A stretch of 64,000 nucleotides of DNA, taken from positions 32,366 through 96,365 of the forward strand of contig JBBIRS010000008.1 in the NCBI GenBank assembly GCA_037441675.1, given 5' to 3'. A program made the position numbers and the translations under genes. The notes beneath the pieces were generated by a model. It was not told the origin of the DNA and searched no databases. It saw only the letters and a program-made list of their open reading frames with translations. This stretch comes from Planctomycetales bacterium (GTDB lineage Bacteria > 4484-113). Of this stretch, positions 20,570 to 30,680 are shown piece after piece. Within the stretch, counting starts at the first letter, position 1. Each line of letters opens with the position of its first letter.

Positions 20570-20701
20570 TTCTGCGAAGATTTCAAAATCATCAAATGAG
20601 ACTTTAGCGAGAATTCATTTCTCCCAAATTTGAGTGGAATTATTGTTCAATGTTGGTTGATGGGGGGGTAACTGCACGGCGTTCTCTTCAAAGGGAAAGT
20701 G

Positions 20702-20843
20702 CACGCCCGGGGACGGGCGTGTTCCAAAAAGTGGCAGAGCTGGGATGCCCGTGAACCTGGGTGAATGCTAAGATTGACGGCGGGGTACAAGTCCCAGCCC
20801 TACAAAAATTGTTCACGGAGGGGGGGCAAGTCCCCACCCTACA
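20702..20843. repeat. Cluster of REP-like palindromes (copy set 2)
   Basis: Perfect hairpin cacgcccg-ggga-cgggcgtg, plus ggcggggtacaagtcccagccctaca (20779) and ggagggggggcaagtccccaccctaca (20817). Confidence 0.7.
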
Positions 20844-21032
20844 GCTGAACCTTTTAGTGTAAATCCGCACTACAGGTCCTTTATGAGCACTCCTTTTGTT
20901 AAGAAGTTCTCACTAACCCGGTAGCGACAAGAAATTCATTTTAATGTGTTAAAATAATTACCGAGTTTTTAGCAGGTTGAAGATAATCAATTCTTGTTTG
21001 AGGAGGACTTAAGGAGGAGAAAAGTCAAAGTT

Positions 21033-21605
21033 ATGAAGCGACATATATATGTTTTTATCATACTTTTAACTCTTTTCCTCCATGGATGTGGCGGAGGCGG
21101 TGGAGTTTCTCATTCAAGAAGCGATAGATTAGGAAATCCGCAAACTAACACGCAACTCCCAAGCGAATCTCCACCTCCTCAACGAAATCGTCTGGTTACA
21201 AGTACCCCAATACTAAATAAACTTTCACCGGGTCAGGAGTTTGATTTTGTGTTAAGAGCGGAGCTTAAGGACGAATTGTTTCAAACCAGTGCGCGCATAC
21301 TTTATGACCCTTCGGTCTTCTCTCCTATCAGGACTTCCAAGGGAAATTTAATTCCTGAAGATGCGGTGTTTTTTGCCAAGTTAGATAAAGAAGGGTTGCT
21401 TCCATTTGCCATTACGCGTCTTCCTGGTAGCGAAGGAATTAGGGCAGGTACTGGCGAAATCTTGAGAGTTCGTTTTAGGCTTCTCTCTACACCGCAGGCG
21501 AACTCGCGCATAAGGCTACAAAATGAGCCAGCGTTCTTGCAACTTAGAGATAAGAGCGGTGGTAGGCTAAGCTTTGACTTGGCAACAGAGGTGGTGGCGC
21601 AATGA
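21033..21605 (+). CDS. Lipoprotein with cohesin-like domain
   Basis: Lipobox LHGC followed by a Gly/Pro linker, then PGQEFDFVLRA..LFQTSARILYDPSVF..GTGEILRVRFRLL, a cohesin-type strand pattern. Confidence 0.7.
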   Translation: MKRHIYVFIILLTLFLHGCGGGGGVSHSRSDRLGNPQTNTQLPSESPPPQRNRLVTSTPILNKLSPGQEFDFVLRAELKDELFQTSARILYDPSVFSPIRTSKGNLIPEDAVFFAKLDKEGLLPFAITRLPGSEGIRAGTGEILRVRFRLLSTPQANSRIRLQNEPAFLQLRDKSGGRLSFDLATEVVAQ

Positions 21606-24600
21606 GAAGCTTCCACTTCTTCTTTCTAGCTCTGCTATGTCTTCTAATCGCAAGTGCTTCTGTTGACGCACTAGAACCACCTTCACCTGGAATGCTTGAA
21701 GAGATGGAGGCTGAAGGGATTCTTGACGAGATGATTGCCCGCGCGGAGAAGCTGGGCAATCACATGATGAAAGCCCCCCGCCGTGGATTAAGACTGGGAA
21801 CTGACAATCCTTATGAAATAGCTAATTTAATTTCTGAGCATTTCGGTAAAAGTCTCGAGCAAAAATCAGCGAGCGCCATCGGCACCACTAGCCCGCGCGA
21901 GTTTGATTGGGTAGAGCTCGACCTAAACCACGATAGAACCATTGATGAGCGAGACATACTCGCTCTTGGTTTTCCTCAGCCGAAGATCTCCGCCACTCTT
22001 CCCTCAATCGGCACAAGCAAGGTTTTCTGTTTAATCATTGAGTTCCCTGATTACCCAAGATGGTTTGAAAAATCGGAGTTTGAATCCAAGCTCTTCGGCG
22101 ATGGCGACACCTTCTACTATTATCGCGGTCTAAAATATTACTACAACAAAGCCTCATACCAGCAGTTAACCATAGATGGAGCGGTTTACGGATGGTATAC
22201 CGCGCAGCACAACCGCTCCTACTACCACCCTAACAATAACACCACCTACCCGGAGGAGGACTTAAGGCGTGAACAGTTGATTTTTGAGGCGATAGAAGCT
22301 GCGGATGAGGCAGGCGCTGATTTTTCCCAATACGATAATGATGGCGATGGGGTTGTGGACTACTTCCTCGTTATCTGGACTGGACCCCATGGCGCTTGGG
22401 CTTCCTTTTGGTGGGGGTATCAGACCGAAATTTACGTCCTGGCAGATAAGACAATTGACGGCGTTCGATTCCAAACTTACTCCTGGCAGTGGGAGCGCTA
22501 CTATGGCTTTAGCGAAAGCCCGCCAGCGGATGCCAGATGGAATCCCCTTGTGACGATTCACGAAACGGGCCATGCCCTTGGTCTTCCTGACTATTACGAT
22601 TATGACGGAAACCAAGGTCCGGATGGTGGAGTTGGTGGAATGGATATGATGGACGCAAATAGGGGTGACCATAACTCTTTCAGTAAGTACATTCTAGGCT
22701 GGCTCACTCCCACGGTCGCATTCACGAATCTTGATGACGAACCAATCATAAAATCTACACAAGAGGGCGATGCGGTTATCTTTATGCCGGACTTTGACCC
22801 AGTCTCGCCCTGGTCTGAATACTTTATGGCTCAGACCAGAAAGAGAGAAGGAATTGATAATGTAAGCCCCTATCCTACGGACGGCAGGCTTGCCCTTTGG
22901 CACATTGATGCACAGGTTGAAGAGAACGCTCAGATGCCTTTTTACTATGCATTCAAATACGACAACTCTTACACAGAACATAAACTTTTGCGATTGATGG
23001 AAGCGGACGGACTTGAGGAAATTGAGGCAGGAGGGGCTGCTGACGTAGATGATTACTATGATAGTGATGAAGAGCTAACTCCATCCTCTAATCCAAACTC
23101 AAATAAATACGACGGTTCAAATCCGGGAATATACTGCACTGACACTTCTGCGCCCGGCGATACAATGACCGCAGATTTCATTCTATACACGAGTAATCCA
23201 CCAAGTGTCACAATTGATTCGCCAAACGCGGGTGACACTTTGAGTGGAGATGTAGCTGTCCAAATTACTGCCACTGATGATAATTCAGTGAGCAAAGTTC
23301 AACTTCTAATTGATGGGCTTGTCGTTCAGGAATGGACAAGCGGGCCCTATGAATACACATGGAATACCCTCGTTGACTTCAACAAGACTATGAATATCAC
23401 CGCGCGCGCTTGGGATGATGAAGACCAGGTCGGAAGCGATACGATTAGCGTAACGGTCAGCAACACGGGTGTCACGTCTGTGACAGATGATTTTGAAAGC
23501 GGGCTTGGCAAGTGGCGCGTTATTAATGACCCATCCGATCCTGCTGGAACTTATACAGAATGGGCAACCAGGAATAGCCCTGCGTCGCCACCGCCGCAGG
23601 GAAGCGGAAAGGAAGCCTGGGTGAAACCCGCAACTTCTGACACTGATTACACAGCAAGCGAGCATTTGCGCTCTCAAAGAATCAACGCTGTCAGCTTTTC
23701 AAGGCCAGTTCAAATTAAGTTTTTCTATCGCTGTCGCTCAGGATTCTCCCTTTGCGCAACTACCGATAACGGTTCAACTTGGGAAAAGGTGGCGGATATA
23801 CCTCCAAGTTCAAATTGGAGTTTGTTCACAAAAGCACCCGCATACCAGGGAGAAGTAGTTTACTTCCGTCTATACTATGAAGGAACCGTTCGGGAGAACT
23901 TGGATAACGGGCTTGGCGCAAATATTGACGAGATTGTGATTCAGGAAGCGCCAAGTAATATTCCAACTATTTCTATCACAAATCCCACCGATGGTGCTGC
24001 CGTTTCCGGCAGTACCACTTTCTCCGCAAATGCGTCTGACGATGGCAATATAGAAGCTGTTCATTTCTATCTAAATGGATCTCATGTTTCAACTGACACT
24101 TCACCTCCGTGGGAGTACACCAGGGATACGACACAGGACGATAATCATCCAAGCATTTCTTTTACAGTTTGGGCGATTGATGATGACGACCTTCCGTCTG
24201 AGGAGGATACAATCACGATTGCGTTCAAAAATTCCCGTCCCTACCCCGTTTCAGACGACCTTGAAACGGACACCACAAGATGGATAATCAGCAACGACAG
24301 CAGGCAACCTCAGTGGCAATGGGTAGACACTCAAAGTAATTCGCCGACCCACTCCTTTGGATGGGTCACAAGTTCAAGCTGGCAAACTTATAACTGGGAT
24401 GGGATAACTTTTAAGGGTGACCCGCCCGCTAGCGGTTACCAGACAATTGACCTTGCAGGAGATGATGTGGATATGCCGGTTCTTCGCTTCTATTACCGCG
24501 CTGATTTTCCATCGTATGGGCACTTCTATGTTTACTTTGGCAACACTTGGACTGGCTTGACTATTTTGGATATCATTAGTGGTGACCAGTTAAGTTGGAC

Positions 24601-25021
24601 TGAAAAGACCTACAGTCTTGAAGATTTTGTTGGTTACTCTGGTCGTATCGCTTTTTACGCGAGAAACACATCACAAACTAGCGGTGCCACGGGGCTATGG
24701 ATAGATGATGTGCGTGTGGAGAATCTAGGACCTTACATAGATTCAATTAATCCCGACCGTGCGGTAGAACAAACCGAGGTTTCAATAATCGGTTCTGGTT
24801 TCAAGAGTAGCCGTGGAAGTAGTTATGTAACTTTTGGTGGTTCAGTGAATCCTCAGGATTCCGACTACGTCTCTTGGAGCAATAACGAAATTAAAGTAAA
24901 AGTTCCAACGGGAGCGGAAAGTGGAAATGTAACTGTTACTGTAAACTCCGTTACAAGCAACGGCTATAATTTTAGGGTAATTCTACCTCCTCCGAATCTG
25001 CAAGGGGGTGAACAGTACTAA
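21602..25021 (+). CDS. Secreted M6 family (immune inhibitor A-like) metalloprotease with dockerin-like loop, Ig-like, jelly-roll and IPT/TIG domains
   Basis: Signal peptide, DFSQYDNDGDGVVD, HETGHALGLPDYYD zinc motif, DLNHDRTIDERDI loop, two P.V.I..P..G Ig repeats and a terminal IPT domain. ATGA overlap with the upstream gene. Confidence 0.9.
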   Translation: MRSFHFFFLALLCLLIASASVDALEPPSPGMLEEMEAEGILDEMIARAEKLGNHMMKAPRRGLRLGTDNPYEIANLISEHFGKSLEQKSASAIGTTSPREFDWVELDLNHDRTIDERDILALGFPQPKISATLPSIGTSKVFCLIIEFPDYPRWFEKSEFESKLFGDGDTFYYYRGLKYYYNKASYQQLTIDGAVYGWYTAQHNRSYYHPNNNTTYPEEDLRREQLIFEAIEAADEAGADFSQYDNDGDGVVDYFLVIWTGPHGAWASFWWGYQTEIYVLADKTIDGVRFQTYSWQWERYYGFSESPPADARWNPLVTIHETGHALGLPDYYDYDGNQGPDGGVGGMDMMDANRGDHNSFSKYILGWLTPTVAFTNLDDEPIIKSTQEGDAVIFMPDFDPVSPWSEYFMAQTRKREGIDNVSPYPTDGRLALWHIDAQVEENAQMPFYYAFKYDNSYTEHKLLRLMEADGLEEIEAGGAADVDDYYDSDEELTPSSNPNSNKYDGSNPGIYCTDTSAPGDTMTADFILYTSNPPSVTIDSPNAGDTLSGDVAVQITATDDNSVSKVQLLIDGLVVQEWTSGPYEYTWNTLVDFNKTMNITARAWDDEDQVGSDTISVTVSNTGVTSVTDDFESGLGKWRVINDPSDPAGTYTEWATRNSPASPPPQGSGKEAWVKPATSDTDYTASEHLRSQRINAVSFSRPVQIKFFYRCRSGFSLCATTDNGSTWEKVADIPPSSNWSLFTKAPAYQGEVVYFRLYYEGTVRENLDNGLGANIDEIVIQEAPSNIPTISITNPTDGAAVSGSTTFSANASDDGNIEAVHFYLNGSHVSTDTSPPWEYTRDTTQDDNHPSISFTVWAIDDDDLPSEEDTITIAFKNSRPYPVSDDLETDTTRWIISNDSRQPQWQWVDTQSNSPTHSFGWVTSSSWQTYNWDGITFKGDPPASGYQTIDLAGDDVDMPVLRFYYRADFPSYGHFYVYFGNTWTGLTILDIISGDQLSWTEKTYSLEDFVGYSGRIAFYARNTSQTSGATGLWIDDVRVENLGPYIDSINPDRAVEQTEVSIIGSGFKSSRGSSYVTFGGSVNPQDSDYVSWSNNEIKVKVPTGAESGNVTVTVNSVTSNGYNFRVILPPPNLQGGEQY

Positions 25022-26544
25022 TGAAAAAAGAGTTAATCAAAAAAGTAGCTAGGGTTTGTGCATTTTCTCTTGCGTTAATTCTTTATGGCGGTTTTGCGTC
25101 CTGTGGTGGGGGCGGTGGAACAGGATTTGCACCCAGCCCCTCACAGGAACAATTTTCTCCTTCGCCAACAAAACCAAAGGGCGATGGCATTAACTTGCGG
25201 GCAATTGTAATCAAAAGATCGCATGGCTTGCCGACCGGTGTTAGAGTATCTTGGGATAGAGTCACTGATTCCCGCGCCATTGGCTATTACTTGTATCGCG
25301 ATGATGAGAGTATTCCTGATGGCAATCCGGAAGGCTACGAGAACCTTAGGGTTAACAATGGCGAGATGATTGACCAACCCGATTCCGGTGACACGGTAAC
25401 TTTTGACGATGAATTTGACCCTCAGGTTGGAACAACTTGGTACTATCGCCTTACTGTTGTCAATGACACTAACGATGAGAGTGACTTCTCCAATCAAATA
25501 TCAATCACAATTGCTGACTTTAGCTTTGACAGCTTTGACCCATCTGAAGGAACGGTGAATGATGCAGTGACACTTTATGGAACGAACTTTGGCATTTACG
25601 ATAGTGGGACAGATCATGTCTACTTCACTGGAACAAGTGATTGGGTCGAAGCTAGTATCACAAGTTGGAACCAAACACAAATTGAGGTTGAGGTCCCAGT
25701 TGGCGCAATTACTGGACCCATGCGTGTTAAGATTTCCGATACTGCAGTTGATTCTAGCGATGATTTTACTGTGCTTGCGCCTGTTCTAGATAGCGTAAGT
25801 CCAACTCAGGACTATGCTGAGAATCTTGACATTACACTTAGCGGTTCACGATTTGAGGACACACAAGGAACAAGCATAGTTACCTTTAACGGTGTTGAGG
25901 TTGATACTTATGTTGCCTGGTCAGACACACAGATAGTGGTTAAAGTGCCAACTGACGCAACTACTGGACCTATAAAGGTAAAGGTCGGAGCTAACGAGAG
26001 CAATGGAATAGACTTCACGGTACTTCCGCACATCAATTCACTCACTCCGAACAGTGGGCAAGTGGATGATGAGATTACCATTGACGGAACAGGTTTTGGC
26101 GCAACTCAAGGCACGGTGAAGTTCAACGGAGTTTCCGCAACTGTTGTGAGCTGGGGCAATTTACAGATTGTAGCCAAGGTTCCTGAGACCACTAGTGGTG
26201 ATGTCTTGGTTACCTCTGGCGGAAATGATAGCAATGGCGTTGCATTTACGGTAATTCCAAACATCACAAGTTTCTCTCCGAGCAGAAGCTGGGCTGGCGA
26301 AGAGGTTACAATTAACGGAACTGGCTTTGGTTCAACGCAAGGTTCAAGCAAAGTCTACTTTTATAACAATGTGGAAGCGGCTTCTTATGTGTCATGGAGC
26401 GCAAATCAGATTGTCGTTACGGTACCTACATCCGCTGATACGGGTAAAATCACAATTGAAGTTGGAGGGCAAACCGATAACTCTGATAGTGATATTCTAA
26501 TTGTACTTCCACCTCCGAACCTTATTGATCTAAGCCAGTACTAA
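25021..26544 (+). CDS. Lipoprotein with FN3-like domain and four IPT/TIG repeats
   Basis: Lipobox FASC-GGGG; VRVSW..GYYLYR..YYRLTVVN..ESDFSN; repeated P..G..VTI.GT.FG..W...QI...VP. TAATG overlap with the upstream gene. Confidence 0.85.
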   Translation: MKKELIKKVARVCAFSLALILYGGFASCGGGGGTGFAPSPSQEQFSPSPTKPKGDGINLRAIVIKRSHGLPTGVRVSWDRVTDSRAIGYYLYRDDESIPDGNPEGYENLRVNNGEMIDQPDSGDTVTFDDEFDPQVGTTWYYRLTVVNDTNDESDFSNQISITIADFSFDSFDPSEGTVNDAVTLYGTNFGIYDSGTDHVYFTGTSDWVEASITSWNQTQIEVEVPVGAITGPMRVKISDTAVDSSDDFTVLAPVLDSVSPTQDYAENLDITLSGSRFEDTQGTSIVTFNGVEVDTYVAWSDTQIVVKVPTDATTGPIKVKVGANESNGIDFTVLPHINSLTPNSGQVDDEITIDGTGFGATQGTVKFNGVSATVVSWGNLQIVAKVPETTSGDVLVTSGGNDSNGVAFTVIPNITSFSPSRSWAGEEVTINGTGFGSTQGSSKVYFYNNVEAASYVSWSANQIVVTVPTSADTGKITIEVGGQTDNSDSDILIVLPPPNLIDLSQY

Positions 26545-26709
26545 ATTTTAAGTTAAGCTCCCTATGGGTTTCTCTTAGCAAGGGCTAGCGTTTACTCTTG
26601 TAAAGTGTTTTCACTCCAAGAATATGTGTGGAACTTGGGATGTGTGTGTGTTTGCGAGAATTCACCCCATTATAAGCTGATTTTGTGTATAAAAGCCACA
26701 ACTACCTAA

Positions 26710-27381
26710 CTATTCACCAGCCATCTTCTCAAGCTTAGACCTCATTAAAATTCTGACACGCTTCCCATCAAGCTCAATTATCCCCTCACGGCTTAGGCGG
26801 GACAGATTCCTTGAAACTAGCTCCCTAACCGTAGCGATCCTGCTGGCAATCTCGCTGTTTGTATGTGGTATCTCAAATTCATCCTTTCCGTTAGATACAT
26901 TCAACAAGTATCTGGCGAGCCTCTGAGGTATTTCTAAAAAGCTTATTTCTTCAACCAGCATGACCAAATGCCTGAGCCTAAGAGAGATATTCCGAATAAT
27001 ACTAATCGCCAACTCGGGATATCTCATTAGGACTTTTTCAAAATGAGCTTTGGGAACAAGTAAGAGAGTAGTATATTGAAGGGCAACAGCGCTAGCGGGA
27101 TAAGGCAGAGCGTCAAGGAGTGGAAGTTCCGCCACCATGCCAACAGGCTTTTCAATCGCTAGAATCTGCTCCCTTCCCTCCGCACTATACTTGTATATCT
27201 TAACCTCCCCTTCAGCAACAACGAACATTCCTACAGGTTTCTCACCTTCTAGAAAAATGTCCTTACCCTTTTCATATTTTATAAAGGTGCTTCCTCGGGC
27301 TAGCTCAGTGATAATCTCATACTTCAAACCTGAGAAAAAGGGCAACTTACTTAGAAGCTCTAATTTTCGCTTAAGCTCCAT
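26710..27381 (-). CDS. Crp/Fnr family transcriptional regulator
   Basis: cNMP-binding fold (GEVKIYK..EGREQIL..YPASAVAL) and C-terminal HTH (IATVRELVSRNL). Confidence 0.92.
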   Translation of the reverse strand: MELKRKLELLSKLPFFSGLKYEIITELARGSTFIKYEKGKDIFLEGEKPVGMFVVAEGEVKIYKYSAEGREQILAIEKPVGMVAELPLLDALPYPASAVALQYTTLLLVPKAHFEKVLMRYPELAISIIRNISLRLRHLVMLVEEISFLEIPQRLARYLLNVSNGKDEFEIPHTNSEIASRIATVRELVSRNLSRLSREGIIELDGKRVRILMRSKLEKMAGE

Positions 27382-27713
27382 CTATAGACAAGTTGCAACC
27401 ATTATACCTTGAGAAGGATAACTTAATAAAATTTGATTAGAAAAGCTCTAGGAAAGCTATAAGAGGGTGAGTAACAAAAATTATTTTGTGAATTGATAAC
27501 ACCTGATGAAAAATCAATAATAATCGCTCTTCCGATGCTTATGCTTCTAGCCACTTATGAAAATGAGCCGGATAGAATTCTGCCTAAGTGGAACACAATG
27601 TAGTTGCGATTATAGACGCGCCCTTCTACGCTCTAAATCGCCATCAGTATCTGCTTACGCAGGAATAAATGATGCGGGTTTTGAATTGAGAGTATGAGTT
27701 TCTTGATTAACCT

Positions 27714-27956
27714 CTACTCTTCCCCAGGAATTGCTTCTTCATCTTCTTCCTCTTCGCCACCCGTAGATGTGGCAGAGGGAGTGGTTGGAGAACTAGTACC
27801 ACCCGGAGCTGGTTGAGCTGACTCTGTTGGCTTGGGCGGAGCCGTTTTGCCTGCTGGGTTAACTTCAGGGCTATAGTCCTTTGGGCAAGCAGTCATAAAC
27901 ATTACCAGCAAAACTCCAGCAACTAAACTGAAAACCATTTTGAGTATAGCTTTCAT
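27714..27956 (-). CDS. Small Pro/Thr/Glu-rich lipoprotein
   Basis: GGAGGG RBS, signal peptide with lipobox MTAC, low-complexity tail. Confidence 0.7.
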   Translation of the reverse strand: MKAILKMVFSLVAGVLLVMFMTACPKDYSPEVNPAGKTAPPKPTESAQPAPGGTSSPTTPSATSTGGEEEEDEEAIPGEE

Positions 27957-28196
27957 ATTAAACATACCCTCCAATGTAAAAGTATTTTATCAACTTTTTT
28001 TGGATTTAGTCAAATTGAACTCCACTTAGAACAAATAACGCAGGCTTTTCGCTTTCATGGCGTATTTATAAAATGGAACGCTTCGTTTAATAGCAATTGC
28101 GCTAGTGAAGACATTGAAAGTGTAAAATTGCCAGTCGCCGAAGAAAACAGAAAGAAAGGTTCTTAGATCATTATCTATTATCACAATGAGCGTTAC

Positions 28197-30395
28197 TTAA
28201 AATCTATCCTTTCGTGTCCTGTGAGGTGCTTTCTTGAAATCGTTTTCTCTCCTCGCTTGTTTTGTGGTTCGCTCTGGATAATGCCTACCCTCTCTTGGTT
28301 TAGTGTATTCTAAATCTTCCCTCACAAGATTAATTTTGCCTGCTGAATCAATCTCCTTAACACGGACTAAGACTCTATCTCCAATTTTAAGGTAGTCCTC
28401 CACTCGGGAGATACGATGATTTGCGATGTTAGAAATATGAAGCAAGCCGTCCCTGCCTGGGACTAATTCAATAAAGGCGCCAAACGGAACCAGGCTAACC
28501 ACCGTGCCTTCAAAGACCATATCAAGTTCAATTTCCTGAGTCATCGTCTTAATAATCTCATGAGCTTTGTAAACGCCACGCTTGTCGTATCCCGAAATGT
28601 AAACGGTGCCATTCTCATCTATGTCTATACTTGCGCCGGTGTCGCTCTGAATCTTCTTCACGTGCCTTCCCGCTGGTCCAATAAGCTGCCCTATCTTATC
28701 AACGGGTATCTGAAGCGTTAACAATGTTGGGGCAAACTCAGAGAGAGATTCTCTTGGTCGGCTAATAACTTTGTTCATTTGGCTTAGTATGAATAGACGA
28801 GCTTCCTTGGCTTTTGCTAATGACTCCTCAATGATTTTTAGCGGTAATCCTTCAATCTTTGTGTCTAGCTGAATAGCTGTAATTCCTACCTCCGTGCCTG
28901 CTATCTTAAAATCCATATCCCCATAGTGATCCTCAAAGCCCGAGAGGTCAGTTAAAAGAACGTACCTTTCATCGCTTTCATAGAGCAAGCCAATAGACAC
29001 ACCCCCAACAGCTCGAGCAATAGGTACACCGGAATCCATCAATGCCATACTGCTAGCACAGGTGCTTGCCATAGAAGAACTGGCATTACTTTCGGTAACC
29101 TCACTAACCACGCGAATGGAGTATGGGAAAGTATTCTCAGGGGGAATTAGAGCTTCTAACGCCTTTTCAACCAACGCACCGTGACCTATCTCTCGCCGAC
29201 CTGGCCCTCTAATACTTCTTACTTCTCCAACTGAGTAAGGTGGAAAATTGTAGTGATGAACGAATCTCTTCTCAATCTCCACATTGGCGGTATCAATTTT
29301 CTGCCTATCTGCAAATGTCCCAAGGGTAACGCAGGAAACTATCTGTGTCTGCCCGCGAGTGAAAGCTGCGCTTCCATGAACGCGAGGAAGCAACCCTACT
29401 CTTCCTGATATTTCCCTCACAGTATCAACATCTCTTCCGTCAACGCGGATGTTATTCTCAAAGACAAAATTTCGGTAGAAAACCTTTATAATAGTCTTAT
29501 CCAGCTCTGCCTCAATTTCTCTGAGAGGCAGATCTGGAAACTCTAAAAGGATCATTTCCGCAACTTCTTTCTTTATTTTGCGAAGGCTATCGTAGAGATC
29601 AAGCTTGCTAGTTGAGGGAAACAACGGGGCAATTCGCGGTAAGAGAAGCTCTTTTGCCTTTTGTTCAAGTTCACTCTTCTGCTCTATGTTGGGTGGAAAA
29701 ATCTTTTCTTTTCTCCAAGAAACCTTATCCACAAAAGCTGAAATTTCCTTGGTTATACGGTCAATTTCTCCTTGGGCTAGCTTAATGCATTCAAGAATGT
29801 CACTTTCCGATGCTTCTTTGCATTGGCTTTCAATCATATTGACGTAACGAGATGTACCACCAACGAGTATGTCAATCGTTGATTCTTGAAGCTGGGGATA
29901 AGTGGGGCTAAGAATGAATTCTCCATGCATTTGGGCAACTCTAATTGCAGCCACTGGAATGTCAAAAGGAATATCGGATAGAGCAAGCGCGGCGGATGCG
30001 CCAATAATTGAAAGGGCATCAGGCGGGTTCAGCTGGTCAACCGAGAGAGCAGTCGCGACAACTTGGACCTCATTTCTAAGCCATGACGGAAAGAGAGGTC
30101 TAATGGTGCGGTCAATTTTCCTTGCGTTTAGAATTGCTTCATCGCTTGGCCTACCCTCTCTCTTGAAAAAGCCACCGGGGAATTTGCCTGCCGCGTACAT
30201 CCGTTCTTCAAAATCCACCAAAAGCGGAAAGAAATCAGTATCTTCGCGGGGTTCCTTTGCCATTGTGGCAGTCACAAGAATAGCAACACCACGATATAGC
30301 ACTAGACAAGAACCACCTGCTTGCCTGGCAAATTCTCCAGTTTCAAGTGTTAGCGTATGATCGCCATATTTGAACTCGTGTGTAACTTTTCCCAT
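28197..30395 (-). CDS. pnp: Polyribonucleotide nucleotidyltransferase
   Basis: DFFPL, GGFFKREGRP, HGSAAFTRGQTQ, RREIGHG, GDMDFK, KH and S1 domains. Confidence 0.98.
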   Translation of the reverse strand: MGKVTHEFKYGDHTLTLETGEFARQAGGSCLVLYRGVAILVTATMAKEPREDTDFFPLLVDFEERMYAAGKFPGGFFKREGRPSDEAILNARKIDRTIRPLFPSWLRNEVQVVATALSVDQLNPPDALSIIGASAALALSDIPFDIPVAAIRVAQMHGEFILSPTYPQLQESTIDILVGGTSRYVNMIESQCKEASESDILECIKLAQGEIDRITKEISAFVDKVSWRKEKIFPPNIEQKSELEQKAKELLLPRIAPLFPSTSKLDLYDSLRKIKKEVAEMILLEFPDLPLREIEAELDKTIIKVFYRNFVFENNIRVDGRDVDTVREISGRVGLLPRVHGSAAFTRGQTQIVSCVTLGTFADRQKIDTANVEIEKRFVHHYNFPPYSVGEVRSIRGPGRREIGHGALVEKALEALIPPENTFPYSIRVVSEVTESNASSSMASTCASSMALMDSGVPIARAVGGVSIGLLYESDERYVLLTDLSGFEDHYGDMDFKIAGTEVGITAIQLDTKIEGLPLKIIEESLAKAKEARLFILSQMNKVISRPRESLSEFAPTLLTLQIPVDKIGQLIGPAGRHVKKIQSDTGASIDIDENGTVYISGYDKRGVYKAHEIIKTMTQEIELDMVFEGTVVSLVPFGAFIELVPGRDGLLHISNIANHRISRVEDYLKIGDRVLVRVKEIDSAGKINLVREDLEYTKPREGRHYPERTTKQARRENDFKKAPHRTRKDRF

Positions 30396-30413
30396 TGAAG
30401 CCTTCTCTTTCTC

Positions 30414-30680
30414 CTATCTACGCAATCCTAGTTTCCCTATCAAATCAAGGTAGGCTGCGTAATCAGTTTTCTTTAAGTAGTTTAGAAGCTTACGTCGTTT
30501 CCCAACCATCAATAAGAGTCCACGTCTAGAATGGTAATCTTTTTTGTGAACCTTAAGATGCTCATTGAGCTGTTTTATTCGCTCAGTTAGCAGAGCAATC
30601 TGCACCTCAGTTGACCCTGTGTCAGCTTCGTGCCTTCTAAATTGCTCTATCACTTGAGATTTTTCCCGCACATCAAACAT
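30414..30680 (-). CDS. rpsO: 30S ribosomal protein S15
   Basis: [36 protein letters not shown]; directly upstream of pnp. Confidence 0.99.
   Translation of the reverse strand: MFDVREKSQVIEQFRRHEADTGSTEVQIALLTERIKQLNEHLKVHKKDYHSRRGLLLMVGKRRKLLNYLKKTDYAAYLDLIGKLGLRR

Noticed and set aside
14484..20843. CRISPR array
   Set aside because: Repeats are few, diverged and irregularly spaced, and there are no cas genes; REP-like palindromes fit better.
20488..26700. tRNA-Leu-anchored integrative island carrying the protease operon
   Set aside because: No duplicated tRNA 3' end was seen downstream and no integrase is adjacent.
27493..27517. FNR box upstream of the Crp/Fnr gene
   Set aside because: The half-sites (cTGAT and ATCAA) are 5 nt apart rather than 4 and one is imperfect.
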